From positions 16,120,001-16,184,000 of the forward strand of contig NC_135812.1 in NCBI RefSeq assembly GCF_964213995.1: a stretch of 64,000 bases of DNA, given 5' to 3'. The translations under genes were made by a program, and so were the position numbers. The notes beneath the pieces were generated by a model. The model was not told where the DNA came from. It was given only the letters and a program-made list of their open reading frames with translations, and made no database searches. This stretch comes from Mustelus asterias (lineage: Eukaryota). This document shows, piece by piece, positions 25,803 to 38,830 of this stretch (position 1 is its first letter; the number at the start of each line of letters is the position of its first letter).

Positions 25803-26107
25803 ATAGAATCATAGAATCCTACAGTGCAGAAGGAGGCCATTCAGCCCATCGAGCTGCACCAACAGCAATCCCACCCAGGCCTTATCCCCCACATATTTAC
25901 CCTGCTACTCCCCCTGTCAATTTATCATGGCCAATCTACTTAACCTGCACATCTTTGGAGCATGGGCGGAAACCAGTGGTTAGCACCAGGCAGACACTGG
26001 GGGAATGTGCAAACTCCACACAGGCAGAGTGATCTAAGGCAGGAATCGAACCCAGGTCCCTGGTGCTGTGATGCAGCAGTGCTAACCACTGTGCTACTGT
26101 GCTGCCC
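25803..26107 (-). mobile_element. HE1-like SINE
   Basis: Reverse complement of the HE1 pattern. Confidence 0.8.
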
Positions 26108-28050
26108 TTGGCTGAAGGGCTGGGGAAATAGGCCGGTAGAAAGGCAAGTAGGAATACCTGGTGAAGAGGAACAGGCTCCTGGGGCCTAGTAGAGAAAAAA
26201 AAGCCAACGTGAAGGGTGAAGGTCACTTTGTTAGGGATGGGGGTGAAAGAGTGGGAAACCAATTGCAACAGGTGCTAAGCCCATGCCTGTCATTTGATCA
26301 GAATAACAGTACAATCACTGCCTGCTGGCACTTGCCTGGATGCCTTACCCAGGACTGGGAGTTGCCCCATTGCATAATCCCATCTTTGGAAACGGCCCAT
26401 AGCCCTGCTGATAATGAAAGCCACCGCGCCGCTAAACGAGGTGGGGCAAAAAAAGCCAGTTTTCTGCGTCAGATGCCAAGAATAGTTCCTGGGAAAGGGC
26501 CCGCTGTCACTCAAAAAGCTGCCACGTAAACAACTTTGGTGGCAATTATCCCTCCGCGGAATTGCATTTCGGTGTTAGACCCGCGAGTTAAAGTTTCCCT
26601 CCGGAAGTTTACCCATGGCTCCCACTAAACAATGAAATCAATAGAATCCTCCACGCATAATTGCATCTGTTCCCTGTCGGTCCTCACTGACTGTTTAGTA
26701 GCTATCATTTTTTAATGTCATTGTTCTAAAGCCAATCTCTAAGTCAGCACAACAACATGTGCACAGTCTTGGTCTGCCCGCTTGCTTTTCAGATGCAATT
26801 CGATGACAATTAGGCCATGCTGAAAAATGGCCTGTTTTTGAATTGCGGACGTATTTATAGCTTTACATCCTGACTTGCTGTACTGCGCACTGCACCATTA
26901 GATGGTTTCTACATTCACTCTTAATTGGATTGTAACACCCTCCGCCACTTAACCCCAATCCCCCAGTGCTCAGGTTTGGTACGCTGAACACAGCAGGACA
27001 AAGGGCTCCTCAGGGTCCCCCTATTCACCATTCCTTATTGCTGTAATAACCACACCCGCCACCCCGCCCCGCCACCGTCTGTTTTGACATGTTTATATGC
27101 AGATCTTCCACCCTCATGCCTTTTGTGATTATGCTGTTGGACCCATGGTTTGAAGCTGCCATTAATCTTGCGGGAACTTTCTCTAATGCACTGTTGCCAT
27201 AAATCATTCCCTGACAACCGGGCTGCGTGCAGGTCCTGGTAGGCATGGGGGCGTTTCGCAGGATCCACAAGCGTAGGCTCCACATTGAAGCTGACACAGC
27301 CTGGGCCTGAGTAATGGGCCATCGAAAGCTGGGCTCCTCAGGCTGTCGATGGTTCTAATGCTTCACTTTATTTTGATGTAGTAGTTGCCAGTTTAACAAG
27401 CTTTCATTGATCGCGCTGGTTTCTCGATACTTTTCAATTTCAAAGCTTATTTTAAGATGTGGCTTTGGAACAGAGTGAAGCCAGTTAATACCAGTGTCGT
27501 TCTCAGTTCGGATGGCCGCTCTTTTGCCTCTTGAGCTGGAAGGATGCAAGTTCAAATTAATGTGTGGCCATGAGTCTGTCACTCCATGATGATGTCTACG
27601 CGCAGTATTGAGGGAGTGCTGCATTGTCGGGGCTCACAACAGCAAAGTATTCTTTTAGCTGCTGCTTAGAGAGATGGCGAGCTGGGAGTTGCCTTGCTGT
27701 CTTGGCCAGTGAGCCTTTCGATATCAAATCAGAGTGGAATATGTCTGTGACATACTTTTTGCATGTAGTTTTAAGTTTATAAGTTGATTTATTGGCGTCA
27801 CAAGTAGGCTTACATTAACACTGCAATAAAGTTAGTGTGAAAATCCCCTAGTCATCACACTCCGGGGCCTGTTTGGGTACACTGAGGGAGAATTTAGCAT
27901 GGCCAAGACACCTAACCAACACATCTTTCGGACTGTGGGAGGAAACCGGAGCACCCGGAGGAAACCCACGCAGACCCGGGGAGAACATGTAGACTGCACA
28001 GACAGTGATCCAAGCCGGGAATCGAACCCGGCTCCCTGGCACTGTGAGGC

Positions 28051-28449
28051 CTTCACGACACACGACAGTGCAGAGTCGCTGAGCCGAAACTGATAGCCAA
28101 GTTCCGCACACATGAGGATGGCCTAAACCGGGATGTTGGATTTATGTCACATTATCAGTAACCCCCACAGCTTGCCTCCTGGGCTTGCAGAATCTCACTA
28201 GCTGTTGTCTGGAGACAATACACATCTCTTTAACCTGTGTTTAATGTTCCCTCCACCCACATTGTCTGTACCTTTAAGACCTGGCTGGATTCGCATTCTA
28301 ATCAGCATTCTGCAACTTGATTTTGTCTGTTTGCACTGTTTGAGAGCACATTTCCACTCCATCTGACGAAGGAGCAGTGCTCCAAAAGCTTATGGTATTT
28401 GCTACCAAATAAACCTGTTGGACTTTAACCTGGTGTTGTGAGACTTCTT
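28051..28449 (+). mobile_element. Penelope-like element 3' end (GIY-YIG C-terminus + pLTR), nested in an alternative-tail SINE (minus, ~27775-28492)
   Basis: 10-bp TSD actgtgaggc (28041-28050 / 28450-28459). Translates LHDTRQCRVAEPKLIAKFRTHEDGLNRDVGFMSHYQ*, with the E and GLN motifs typical of PLE endonuclease ends. Hammerhead motif at 28359-28395. Confidence 0.88.
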
Positions 28450-30059
28450 ACTGTGAGGCAGCAGAGCTACCCACTGTGCCACCGGGCCGCCCTATGTAAA
28501 ACGAATTAAAATTTAATTTTGTGTTGAGTTTCCCAACGAAACCTCCTCCTTCAGCTTGTGATGCCTAGAGCCACAGACCTGATTTGAATTGGGTTCATCC
28601 AGTTTGAATGATAGGTTTCTGCTATTTGTAAAATGTTTTGATGGTGGAGCCCTGTCACTTCCTCCCAACATTTTGTGTGGGGTCATCATTTAGCTTGTAC
28701 AAGTGTGCCATGATTCCTGTGTTCAGGTAGGTTTTACCCATCCCCACCACGTGATAATGATTTTAAGCAAACTTGCGAGAGATGAGGATGGGGTATGGGG
28801 GATACTGCAACATTCTTCACTGACTATCAGGCCCTTATCATTGTTGCCGGTCGCCCCTGATTCGAGGTGTCACCCACTCCAGGCTATGAGTTTCTCCTGA
28901 GTCTTTGTGAGGCGACCCAGGCCTCGTATCCAGTCCAGTAAAGTTGATTTTGCAGTTTAGCCTGAATGCTTGTGGAGTTGATTTTTTAAGAAGGACACAA
29001 GGATGGTACACTGGTCAGCACTGCCGCTGTCTTGTAGTGCCAGGGACCCGGGTTCAATTGCAGCCTCAAGTCATTGCGTGTGGAGTCGATTTTAAGGAGG
29101 GCACTGGCATTTGTTTCACAGTCCGCCCATCTTCCCTCCGTTCTATGGCTCAAACCAACCCCCCACCCCCATCACAACCCCATTGAACCTGGAGGGTGCA
29201 GCCAGAGACATTGCAGAAGAAATTCCTTTAGCATCTGAATCATCCCCTGGGGCAATGACCCTGCATTGACGAGTTGGCATGCCTTGCCTAACTGAGACAA
29301 CAGGTAGACCTCGAAAGGTAAAACCTCACTAGCGATGACGTGTTCAGCTTCTGCTTTGTTTTCGTAGCTCGCTTCAGAGTGCGAGCAAGGAAGAAAGCAT
29401 CCCAATGGCAGGAAGATGTGTCTAGTCTGGCCAACAATACAGTGTTGTGAGTAAACAGAATGATGCAGTGCTAACCTTCTGGCCCATTTCACTTAAACAA
29501 GAGCCAACTGACTTCATTTTTAAATGATGAAGTGTTGACATTTGTGAGCAAGCGTTTGCGTTTTTTTTTAAACATTTGTTCAACGTGGTTTAACTTGTGT
29601 TTCCTGGTCTCTCTCAAATGTCAAAACAGCGGGAGGAAATACTCTTGGAAACTTTACAGGTCGAGCAGTCATCCAAGGAGCGAGCTGCAATGTGTTTTGT
29701 CTCCACTCCAGCGAGGAAGAAATGTTCCATCAGTTATTAATGGAAATGCGACAAATTTGCAAGGATGCAGGCAACCCTCTGACCTAATTAACCCTTTCAA
29801 AGACTGTTTGCAAGTGATGTACTTTTATATTAAGGCAGAGTTCAGGGCACAAGGTGAATTACAAATGCTTTTAGTTTTGGAGACAGGTTTGTAGCAGAGT
29901 GTGGTGAACCATCGTTGGTTCCCACTAGATAGTAACTAGTGAATCAGAGACCGCAAAGCAGACTACAAACTCTACCCAGGTTATCTGACCCACCAGGTTG
30001 GAATACATTGAATCAGAAGGGTGACCAGTACGGGTTTAAACAGGTCATGCAAATGATAG

Positions 30060-30358
30060 TGTGGTGGCGTAGTGGTTAACACTGCTGCCTCACAGTGCCA
30101 GGGACCTGGGTTTGATTCCTGGCTTGCGTCAGTGCCTGTGCGGAGTCTGCACATTCTCCCCGTGTTTGCATGCGTTTCCTCCGGGTGCTCCGGTTTCCTC
30201 CCATAGTCCGAAAGATGTGCAGGTTAGGTGCATTGGCCGTGCTAAATTCTCCCTCAGTGTACCCGAACAGGCGCCGCAGTGTGGCGACTAGAGGATTTTC
30301 CACAGTAATTTAATTGCAGCGTTAATGTAAGCCTACTTGTGACGATAATAAATAAATA
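30060..30358 (+). mobile_element. Alternative-tail HE1-like SINE
   Basis: Full head and tail ...ttgtgacgataataaat. Confidence 0.85.
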
Positions 30359-30934
30359 AGTCATACGTTCATTACAACAAAGAAGGAAGCCCTTCGGCCC
30401 ATTGAATCTATGTCAGCTCTTTAGAGCAATGCAGTGCATCCCTTTCCCTAGCTTTATGCTTTGTATCTCTACAAGTTTATTCCTCTCAAGTGACTATAAA
30501 AGTTCAGAAAATGAAATAAAATAAAAGAGTCCAACTCTTTTATTTTAAAAAAGCAGTTAAATGTAAATTTAAAATAAAATGCCCTGCCTTTAATCACCCA
30601 TCACTCACTCCTGATATTAAAACTGCAGTAAGGACACTATAAAAACTAATTTATTGTAAACCCCTAATCTAGCTAGCACCAGGAAACGGCTGCGTCAGTA
30701 TCATCTTCATTTTAGTTCATCATAAGAATAGTTCTCCATTTTCTTAAGACTTCAAATCATCACTGCGGTTCTCTCAATTGCAAGTCATTTTTCAGTGTGC
30801 TCAGAATATTGGACAATTGGAGATACAAAATTTCTACCTTCTTTGGACTTTTTCTCCGTTTCTTGCTCTCCTGAAGATGTTAATTCCTTGCCGGGGTACT
30901 GCTGTATGTGTTTGGGTAACTATTAATAGCTTCC

Positions 30935-31560
30935 CCCACACAGGAGTCCAAAGATGCATGGGTTAGGCGTATTGGCCAGGCTGAATTGCCCCTTAGTGTC
31001 CCAAGGACGGCACGGTGGCACAGTGGTTAGCACTGCTGCCTTACAGCAGCAGGGACCTGGGTTCGATTCCGGTTTGGGTCACTGTCTGTGTGGAGTCTGC
31101 ACGTTCTCCCCAAGTGTGCATGGATTTCCTCCGGGTGCTCCTCCCACACTCCAAAGATATGCGGCTTAGGTTGATAGGCCATGGTAAATTGTTCTTTAGT
31201 GTCAGGGGGTTAGTAAGGTAAATAAGTAGGGTTATGGGGTTAGGGCCTGGGTGGGATTGTGGTCGGTGCAGACTCGATGGGCCGAATGGCCTCCTTCTGC
31301 ACTGGAGGGATTCTATGATTCTAAAATCTGCAGGTTAGATGGATTAGCCATGGTAAGTGTGTGGGGTAACGGGGATAAAGTTAAAGTTTATTTATTAGTC
31401 ACAAGTAAGGCTTACATTAACACTGCAATGAAGTTACTGTGAAATTCCCCGAGGGAATGGGGATAGGACAGGGGAGAGGGCCTGGGTAAGATACTCTGTC
31501 AGAGAGATGGTGCAGACTCAATGGGCTGAATGGCCTCTTTTGCACTACAGGTATTCTGTA
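30935..31560 (+). mobile_element. Nested HE1-in-HE1 cluster plus inverted alternative-tail fragment (~31377-31452)
   Basis: Full HE1 at ~31008-31323 lies within an older HE1. Confidence 0.75.
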
Positions 31561-32089
31561 GTTCAATCTTCACCCACAAGAATGGGCAGAGAGTGTCCAA
31601 AGACAACTTGAATGCGGAGGGCATTTGCCAAATCTGTAAGACGTGGATATTAAACGCACCTATCGTCCAAACAATCGGATTAGAGTTCAGCTGAATTTCA
31701 GGCTGTGGGATTAGGCTTCAACAAGGATTAAATAGTAATTACTGAAAAAGTCCAGGAAACTGCAGCTATGCCCAGTTAAGTACCAAAACAGATTTTATTT
31801 GCTTTTCTCAAAGAGGATCCAAAGTGAAGGATAGATTGCAGTGAATTTAGTGTTTAGACACTTAGACTGAGAGAGAAAGGGGGTTCCGTGCATCTGCACA
31901 GCTATAGAATAAGTATGTTATACGGTAGGAGTGTGTTTTGCATAGTTTCTCCATTCTCAAAAGATTTAAACAATGAACATTATGTTGTTTTGGGCAGGGA
32001 TCAGCAATGGATTTTGGTGCCAAGGTCGCATTCCGAATTCACAAATCAGATTCAGTGAACCAGGTGGTTGCTCTGGGACTTGTTTTTCT

Positions 32090-32415
32090 TAGATTCCCTG
32101 CAGTGCCGAAGAGGCCATTCGGCCCATTGAGATCACACCTCCCTGACAGCATGTCTTACCCAGGCCCTCTTCCCCCACCCTAACCTGACACATTTGCCAT
32201 GGCAAATCCCCTAACCTGCACATCTTGGGACACCAAGAGACAACTTACCATGGCCAATCCACCTAACCCACACATTGGAGGAAACCGGAGCACCTGGAGG
32301 AAACCCATGCAAACGCGGGGAGAACGTGCAGACTCCACACAGACAGTCACCCAAGGCCGGAATTGAACCCGGGTCCCTGGCACTGTGAGGCATCAGTGCT
32401 AACCACCGTGCCACC
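32090..32415 (-). mobile_element. HE1-like SINE
   Basis: Reverse complement of the HE1 pattern. Confidence 0.8.
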
Positions 32416-32984
32416 ATTGATTGATGTTTGCAGATACCTTTTCTAATGGCCTGATTGCATGCTTGTGCTCCAAAAGAGATCCTACCTTTGCATTTCTGAG
32501 GTATAGATTATAAGACATCTTTAAAATTGGAATAAAGCTTGCAGGGCGGATGATGGAGTGGGGAATTTGTCGTTTCTGCGCAGAGCTATTCTTTAAGCTC
32601 CAAGTTGCTGATCAAATGAATTTTCAGTCACCTTTTAGATACTTGAGGATCTTATAGTAGGCTCTGTAGTGGAATATCACTTTGGTCCTTGAATGTAAAG
32701 CACATTGATAGCCTAATGTTGTAATATGATCGTGTGGAGAAACTTCTGGAATCTAGATGATCCCATTGAATTTGCCTCCAATTGAACTCATCTGTTAGAA
32801 CCACGTCAAAAAGGTGGTCTGTGCACAGGTGAGGAAATCGGTACCAATATATCGAAGCAGGAACTGATGAAATGAACAAGGTTAGCCAAGCTATTGGCAC
32901 AAATCCAGCCCTCTCAGGCTGTGGGAGGTAATTAGGTGGATTTTGTGTGATTGGGAGCAGTGGGTTGCACTACTCGCTGCTTCT

Positions 32985-33345
32985 GGAACATAGGAGCAGG
33001 AGGAGGCCATTCAGCCCTTCAAGCCTGCTCTGTCCTTCATCACGATCATGGCTGACCGTCCAACTCAATAGCCTAATCCTGCTTTCTCCCCATAACTTTT
33101 GATCCCGTTCGCCCCAAGTGGTCCATCCAGCCGCCTCTTGAATACATTCAATGTTTTGGCATCAACTACTTCCTGTGGTAATGAATTCCACAGGCTCACC
33201 ATTCTTTGGGTGAAGAAATTTGTCCTCATCTCCGTCCTAAATGGTCTACCACGAATCCTCAGACTGTGACCCCTGGTTCTGGACTCCCCCCACCAACAGG
33301 AACATCCTTCCTGCATCTACCCTGTCTAGTCCTGTTAGAATTTGA
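32985..33345 (-). mobile_element. CR1 LINE 3' fragment
   Basis: ESRTRGHSLRI and FFTQRMVSLWNSLP motifs. Confidence 0.85.
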
Positions 33346-34224
33346 ATTAGAAGTGTTAGAAAGACACTTTTGTACACGGAGGCACCCAAATATATGGTTC
33401 TGATGTTCCAAGATTTATGGGGACACTGAAATAAGTGCAACAAATTCTACACGTTCTCCCTGTGTCTGCGTGGGTTTCCTCCTACAGTCCAAAAGACGTG
33501 CTAGTTAGATGCAATGGCCATGCTAAATTCTCCCTCAGTGTACCTGAACAGGTGCCGGAGTGTGGCGACTCGGGTAATTTCATTGCAGTGTTAATGTAAG
33601 CCTACTTGTGACACTAATAAATAAACTTAAAGCTAAGTGGTGAAAGGCAGGATTGAAACTTTACCTTGAGGCCTTTGTTAAAGATTTTAACAATATTCCA
33701 TATCCACTGGGCTAGTTTTTAAAATATAATCTATTTCAAACCTTCAGAATATTGGATTCTGACTGTATCCTTGTATCCTGCTTTAATTTATTTTTTAAAT
33801 TTAAAAAAAATTAAGAATGACATTGCTTTAACTTTATTAAAAAGTTCGGAGTGTTGATTGAAGCTCAGGAATGGGGCATTAAGAATGAGGAAGACTATCT
33901 AATTTAACAAGTGACAATCTATTATGTATTACAATGGTTATTAAACTCCCTGTCTGTGCGTGCTCATCACTGTCATTTATCAATGACCGTTCTCTGTCCA
34001 AAAGCTATTATTTTGCTCCAACAGCTTTATTATTTTCCAATTGCACTGTCTGACTTCACACACTGATGAAAGGTGATCTGTCCACTTTGATAGATTTTAT
34101 CATTGCAGCTTTAAAGGGGTCTGCATCGTGCTTTTCAGATTTTTCTTTCAAAAGAATGAAAGTAATTTGCATTGCTCCAGTCTCCCTCAACACGAGTGGG
34201 AGTTATCTGGGTGGAGTGGTGCAC

Positions 34225-35155
34225 GTGTGTGGGGCACCCATGTGTATGGGGAGGGGGCCGCCACCCACGTGCCTGGGGGGAGGGTGGGGGCGCCACCCAC
34301 GTGCTTGGGGGGAGGGTGGGGCGCCACCCATGTGCCTGGGGGGAGGGTGGGGGCACCACTCACGTGTCTGGGTGGGGGGGGGGGGGAGGGTGGTGGGGGC
34401 GCCACCCACGCATCTGGGGGGGGAGGTTGGGGGCGCCACGCACGTGTCTGGGGGGAGGGTGGGGGCACCACCCTCACGTCTGGGGGGGGGAGGTTGGGGG
34501 CGCCACCCACGTGTCTGGGGGGAGGGTAGGGGCACCACCCACGCATCTGGGGACGGTGGGGGTGCCATCTGGGGGGGAGGGTGGGGGCGCCACCCACGTG
34601 TCTGGGGGGAGGGTGGGGGCGCCACTCACGTGTCTGGGGGGGGGGGGGGCGCCACCCACGTGCTTGGGGGGAGGGTGGGGGCGCCACCCATGTGCCTGGG
34701 GGGAGGGTGGGGGCGCCACTCACGTGTCTGGGGGGGGGGGGGGTGAGGGGGGGGGGCGCCACCCACGCATCTGGGATGGGGAGGGTGGGGGCGCCACCTA
34801 CATGACTGGGGGGGGGGGGGGAGGTTGGGGGCGCCACCCACGCATCTGGGGACGGAAGGGGTGCCATCTGGGGGGGAGGGTGGGGGCGCCACCCACGTGT
34901 CTGGGGGGAGGGTGGGGGCACCACCCACGCATCTGGGGACGGTGGGGGTGCCATCTGGGGGGGAGGGTGGGGGCGCCACCCACGTGTCTGAGGGGGAGGG
35001 TGGGGGCGCCAACCACGTGCCTTGGGGGAGAGGGTGGGGGCACCAACCATGTGCCTTGGGGGAGAGGGTGGGGCACCAACCACGCGTCATGGGGGGGGGA
35101 GGGTGGGGGCACCACCCACACGTCTGGGGGGGAGGGTGGGGGCGCCACCCACACC
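34225..35155. repeat. G-rich minisatellite, ~32-bp unit with higher-order variants
   Basis: Unit approximately gggggcgccacccacgtgtctggggggagggt; strong G skew. Confidence 0.95.
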
Positions 35156-36435
35156 TTTATGTGGTTTATCTATTTAACTAGCATCCTTTAAAACTATCCA
35201 GTTAAGTTGCCAAGTCTAACGGAAGAAATCCATTGCTGGGCACTCACAGTTAATTTGTACACTCCCAGACCATGATTATGCAAAGCTTACATATTGTCAG
35301 ATGTTTGGCGTGACGATATTATACATAGTGCCTCAAAATGCATCCACACTTCAAGGCATTAGAAGGTTGCTGAGAACTCCAGAAGCCGTGCCCCAGATTC
35401 CTCTTGAGCTTTTATTTTCTTGCCTGTCCTCCTAATACTGAAGCTTTGAGGTACTGTTCTCCGCATGACACTCGCTTTCCTGCACTTTGCCCAAGTGCTG
35501 ATTTTTCTTTGGTGTTGGCTCTGTGTTTTGGCCAGAGGCTGCCGCGTGAACACCTCGTGGCATGAAGCAGCTGTCCCCACCAAATGCCAGATTCTCCACG
35601 ATGCTGCTCGGAAAGCACGTTTGGAAGACCATGGTGTGAAGATGTCGAGACTCACTTCAACAATGCCTGGTGCTGCCCCCCAGAGTTCAGGATGGAGGCT
35701 GACAGCAACCCTGGAACTTCACAGCCGTGGGTTGTGGGGGGTGGGGAGCAAATGCAGGGGGACCTTCCAGCTTCGGCGTCTTGGAGGGGGATCCCATCTT
35801 CCAGCTTCAGAACATTCCCGGAGATCTGTCTTCAGGAGGTGCACCTTCTCTTTCTTCAGTCGCGGGGTCTGCGATGTTGGGCTCGTTTACAATACAATGG
35901 CGGACTGCGCACCATCCAGGCCTGCCCCGCCACGTGGCTACGGTGTTAATTAATGAGGTCGGGTTGGAAGATTTTCCCACCAGCCTCTGCAGTGGGAAAC
36001 ACTCCATGTTTCCGCCCTCACCATGGCACTTAATCCCAAAATGGGAGAATTCCGCCCACCACTTGTGGCCGGAGTACCATCTATCCGAAGTCTAATCCAT
36101 CAACATTTGCTACGTGATGCAAAGCGTAAGTGCCAGAGACACAGCTGGAAAGCCTTTGGTGCCAGTGTAATTCCCACATCTACTCCAAGTACCTAAACAG
36201 CAGAGTAATGAATTGGGGTGAAGTAGTGTGTTGAACTTTCCATCCACAAACCAGCCGATCGATTTGTACAGAAATGCACAAAGCTTGTTAAGCCAGGTCA
36301 GCCCATCCTAAAGTTCACTGTCCGCCTCTGTTCCTTTTATGTTGTGTATCTACAGTGATGACTTTAATAAATAACTTCTAGTGGTTTGCAATGTTTGAAG
36401 CAGCTGTATTAAAAATTGCAGCAGTGTCCTTTTCA

Positions 36436-36935
36436 CAAAGAACAAAGAAAATTACAGCATAGGAACAGGCCCTTCGGCCCTCCAAGTCTGCACCGACCAT
36501 GCTTTCCCACTGAACTAAATCCCCCACCCTTCCTGGGACCATATCCCTCTATTCCGAACAAAGAAAATTACAGTACAGCAACAGGAGGTGATGGCCTAGT
36601 GGTATTATCGCTAGACTATTAATCCAGAAACTCAGTTAATGTTTTGGGGACCTGGATTCGAATCCCGCCACGGCAGGTGATAGAATTTGAATTCTACAAA
36701 AAAAAAATCTGGATTTAAGAATCTACTGATGACCATGAAACCATTATTGATTGTTGGAAAAACCCATCTGGTTCACTAATGCCTTTAGGGAAGGAAATCT
36801 GCTGTCCTTATCCGGTCTGGCCTACATGTGACTCCAGAGCAATGTGGGGGATTCTCAATTGCCCTTGGGCAACTACGGATGGGCAATAAATGCTAGCCAG
36901 CCAGTGACATCTGTGTCTCATGAGTACATTTTTTT
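36436..36935. mobile_element. CR1 tail (minus, doubled 3' end) abutting a family-B SINE (+, ~36583-36935)
   Basis: aacaaagaaaattacag occurs twice; SINE A and B boxes follow. Confidence 0.8.
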
Positions 36936-37621
36936 TTTAAAAAGGCCCTTTCGTTCATTTTTTTTTTGTGGCTAAATCTGTTCATGCCAAAAGACTATTT
37001 TGAGGCACCAGCAGTACTGCAGTTCATTAAAGGGGAAAAAGTAGTTTTCTAGACATTGCTACTCTGTTAATGTGGCTGCTTGATGCAGATTTATTCAAAG
37101 ATGTGATGTCTCTTACGAGATTAAAGAAACCGTCTGTTGCATGGATGTGGGAATTTTCAGGGTGCGTGAGGATACATAGAGCAGGTCCCTGAGAAACATA
37201 TTAGTAATTTTAATCTCACCCTTTTGGGTGGATGACGGGCCTGAATTGTGGCTTTTTGATTCTCTTTTCTTGCTTTGTTCAGTGATTTGGAACAAATGCC
37301 TTGATGAGCTTCAAAGGCTGGAACAGGATCTAAGTGGGACTGCTTGGCAAATGTTTCATCTTTACAACATTCAACTTCATTTTCTCAATAGAAAACTGTG
37401 CTGTCTTAATTAACTGCATAATGTGCCAAAAGCATATTGTAAGAATCTCTGGCTCCCTCCAATGGTTCTGCTTTTTATTGAGCAAGATTCTCACTCTCGA
37501 TTCGCTGGTCATTCCATAGTTTGCCCGTGTCGGAGCAGGACTTTACTTCCAAGTGCATTTTGTCGCAACGACAGCACTTTGGGATGCAGAGACGGAGGGA
37601 GAGAGTAGGTGGTGAAGTGTT

Positions 37622-37966
37622 CCTTTATTCATTCATGGTACATGGGTGTCGCTGGCTGGCCAGCATTTATTACCCATCCCTAGTTGCCCAATGGCAGTTG
37701 AGAGTCAACCACTTTGCTGTGGCTCTGTCACATGTAGGGTAAGGATGGCAGATTTCCTTCCCTATAGGACATTAGTGAACCAATTGTTTTTTCCGACAAT
37801 TGACAATGGTTTCATGGTCATCAGTAGATTCTTCATTCTAGATATTTTTTACTGAATTCAAATTCCACCATCTGCTGTGGTGGGATTCGAACCTGGGGCC
37901 TCAGAACATTAGTTGAGTTTCTGGATTAATAGTCTGGTGATAATACCACTAGGCCACTGCCTCCCC
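37622..37966 (-). mobile_element. Family-B SINE
   Basis: Reverse complement of the 48546-48910 copy. Confidence 0.85.
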
Positions 37967-38182
37967 AATTCTGAATTTATACATCTACCCTTCCCTGATC
38001 ACTGTGCAACAGCATAGGTGCCAAGTGAGGACTGGACTAGAGCAAGGATACTCTTTCTATTCAAATACAAGCTCGCTAACTGTCAGGACTCCTATTGGAA
38101 TATGACCTCGTGGGCAATGGATTGGAAAATGTTCTGCTTACCGATGGGATGGGGTGAATCCTAGGAAGGACATGGCAGTCTC

Positions 38183-38830
38183 TTGATTTGATTTGGTTTA
38201 TTATTGTATCATGTATTGGGATACAATCAAAAGTATTGTTTCTTGCATGCGATACAGACAAAGCATACCGTTCATAGAGAAGGAAAGGAGAGGGTGCAGA
38301 ATATAGTGTTACAGTCATAACTAGTATGTAGAGAAAGATCAATTTACATTCAACTGACTTAGGGGCGGCACGGTAGCACAGTGGTTAGCACTGCTGCTTC
38401 ACAGCTCCAGGGACCTGGGTTCGATTCCCGGCTTGGGTCACTGTCTGTGTGGAGTTTACACATTCTCCTCGTGACTGCGTGGGTTTCCTCCGGGTGCTCC
38501 AGTTTCCTCCCACAGTCCAAAGTTGTGCGGGTTAGCTTGATTGGCTGTGCTAAAAATTGCCCTTAGTGTCCTGAGATGCGTAGGTTAGAGGGATTAGTGG
38601 GTAAATATGTAGGAATATGGGAGTAGGGCCTGGGTGGGATTGTGGTTGGTGCAGACTCGATGGGCCAAATGGCCTCTTTCTGTACTGTAGGGTTTCTATG
38701 ATTTCTATGACGGCAGCAGGGAAGAAGCTGTTCTTGAGTCGGTTGGTACGTGACCTCAGACGTTTGTATCTTTTTCCCGACGGAAGAAGGTGGAAGAGAG
38801 AATGTCTGGGATTGTGGGGTCCTTGATTGT
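38183..38830 (-). mobile_element. Rex1/Babar 3' end interrupted by HE1 (+, 38362-38710)
   Basis: Rex1 UTR on both sides of the SINE. Confidence 0.8.

Noticed and set aside
34066-35191. Long Gly/Pro-rich ORFs in many frames
   Set aside because: Produced by a stop-poor minisatellite; open on both strands with no splice or domain evidence.
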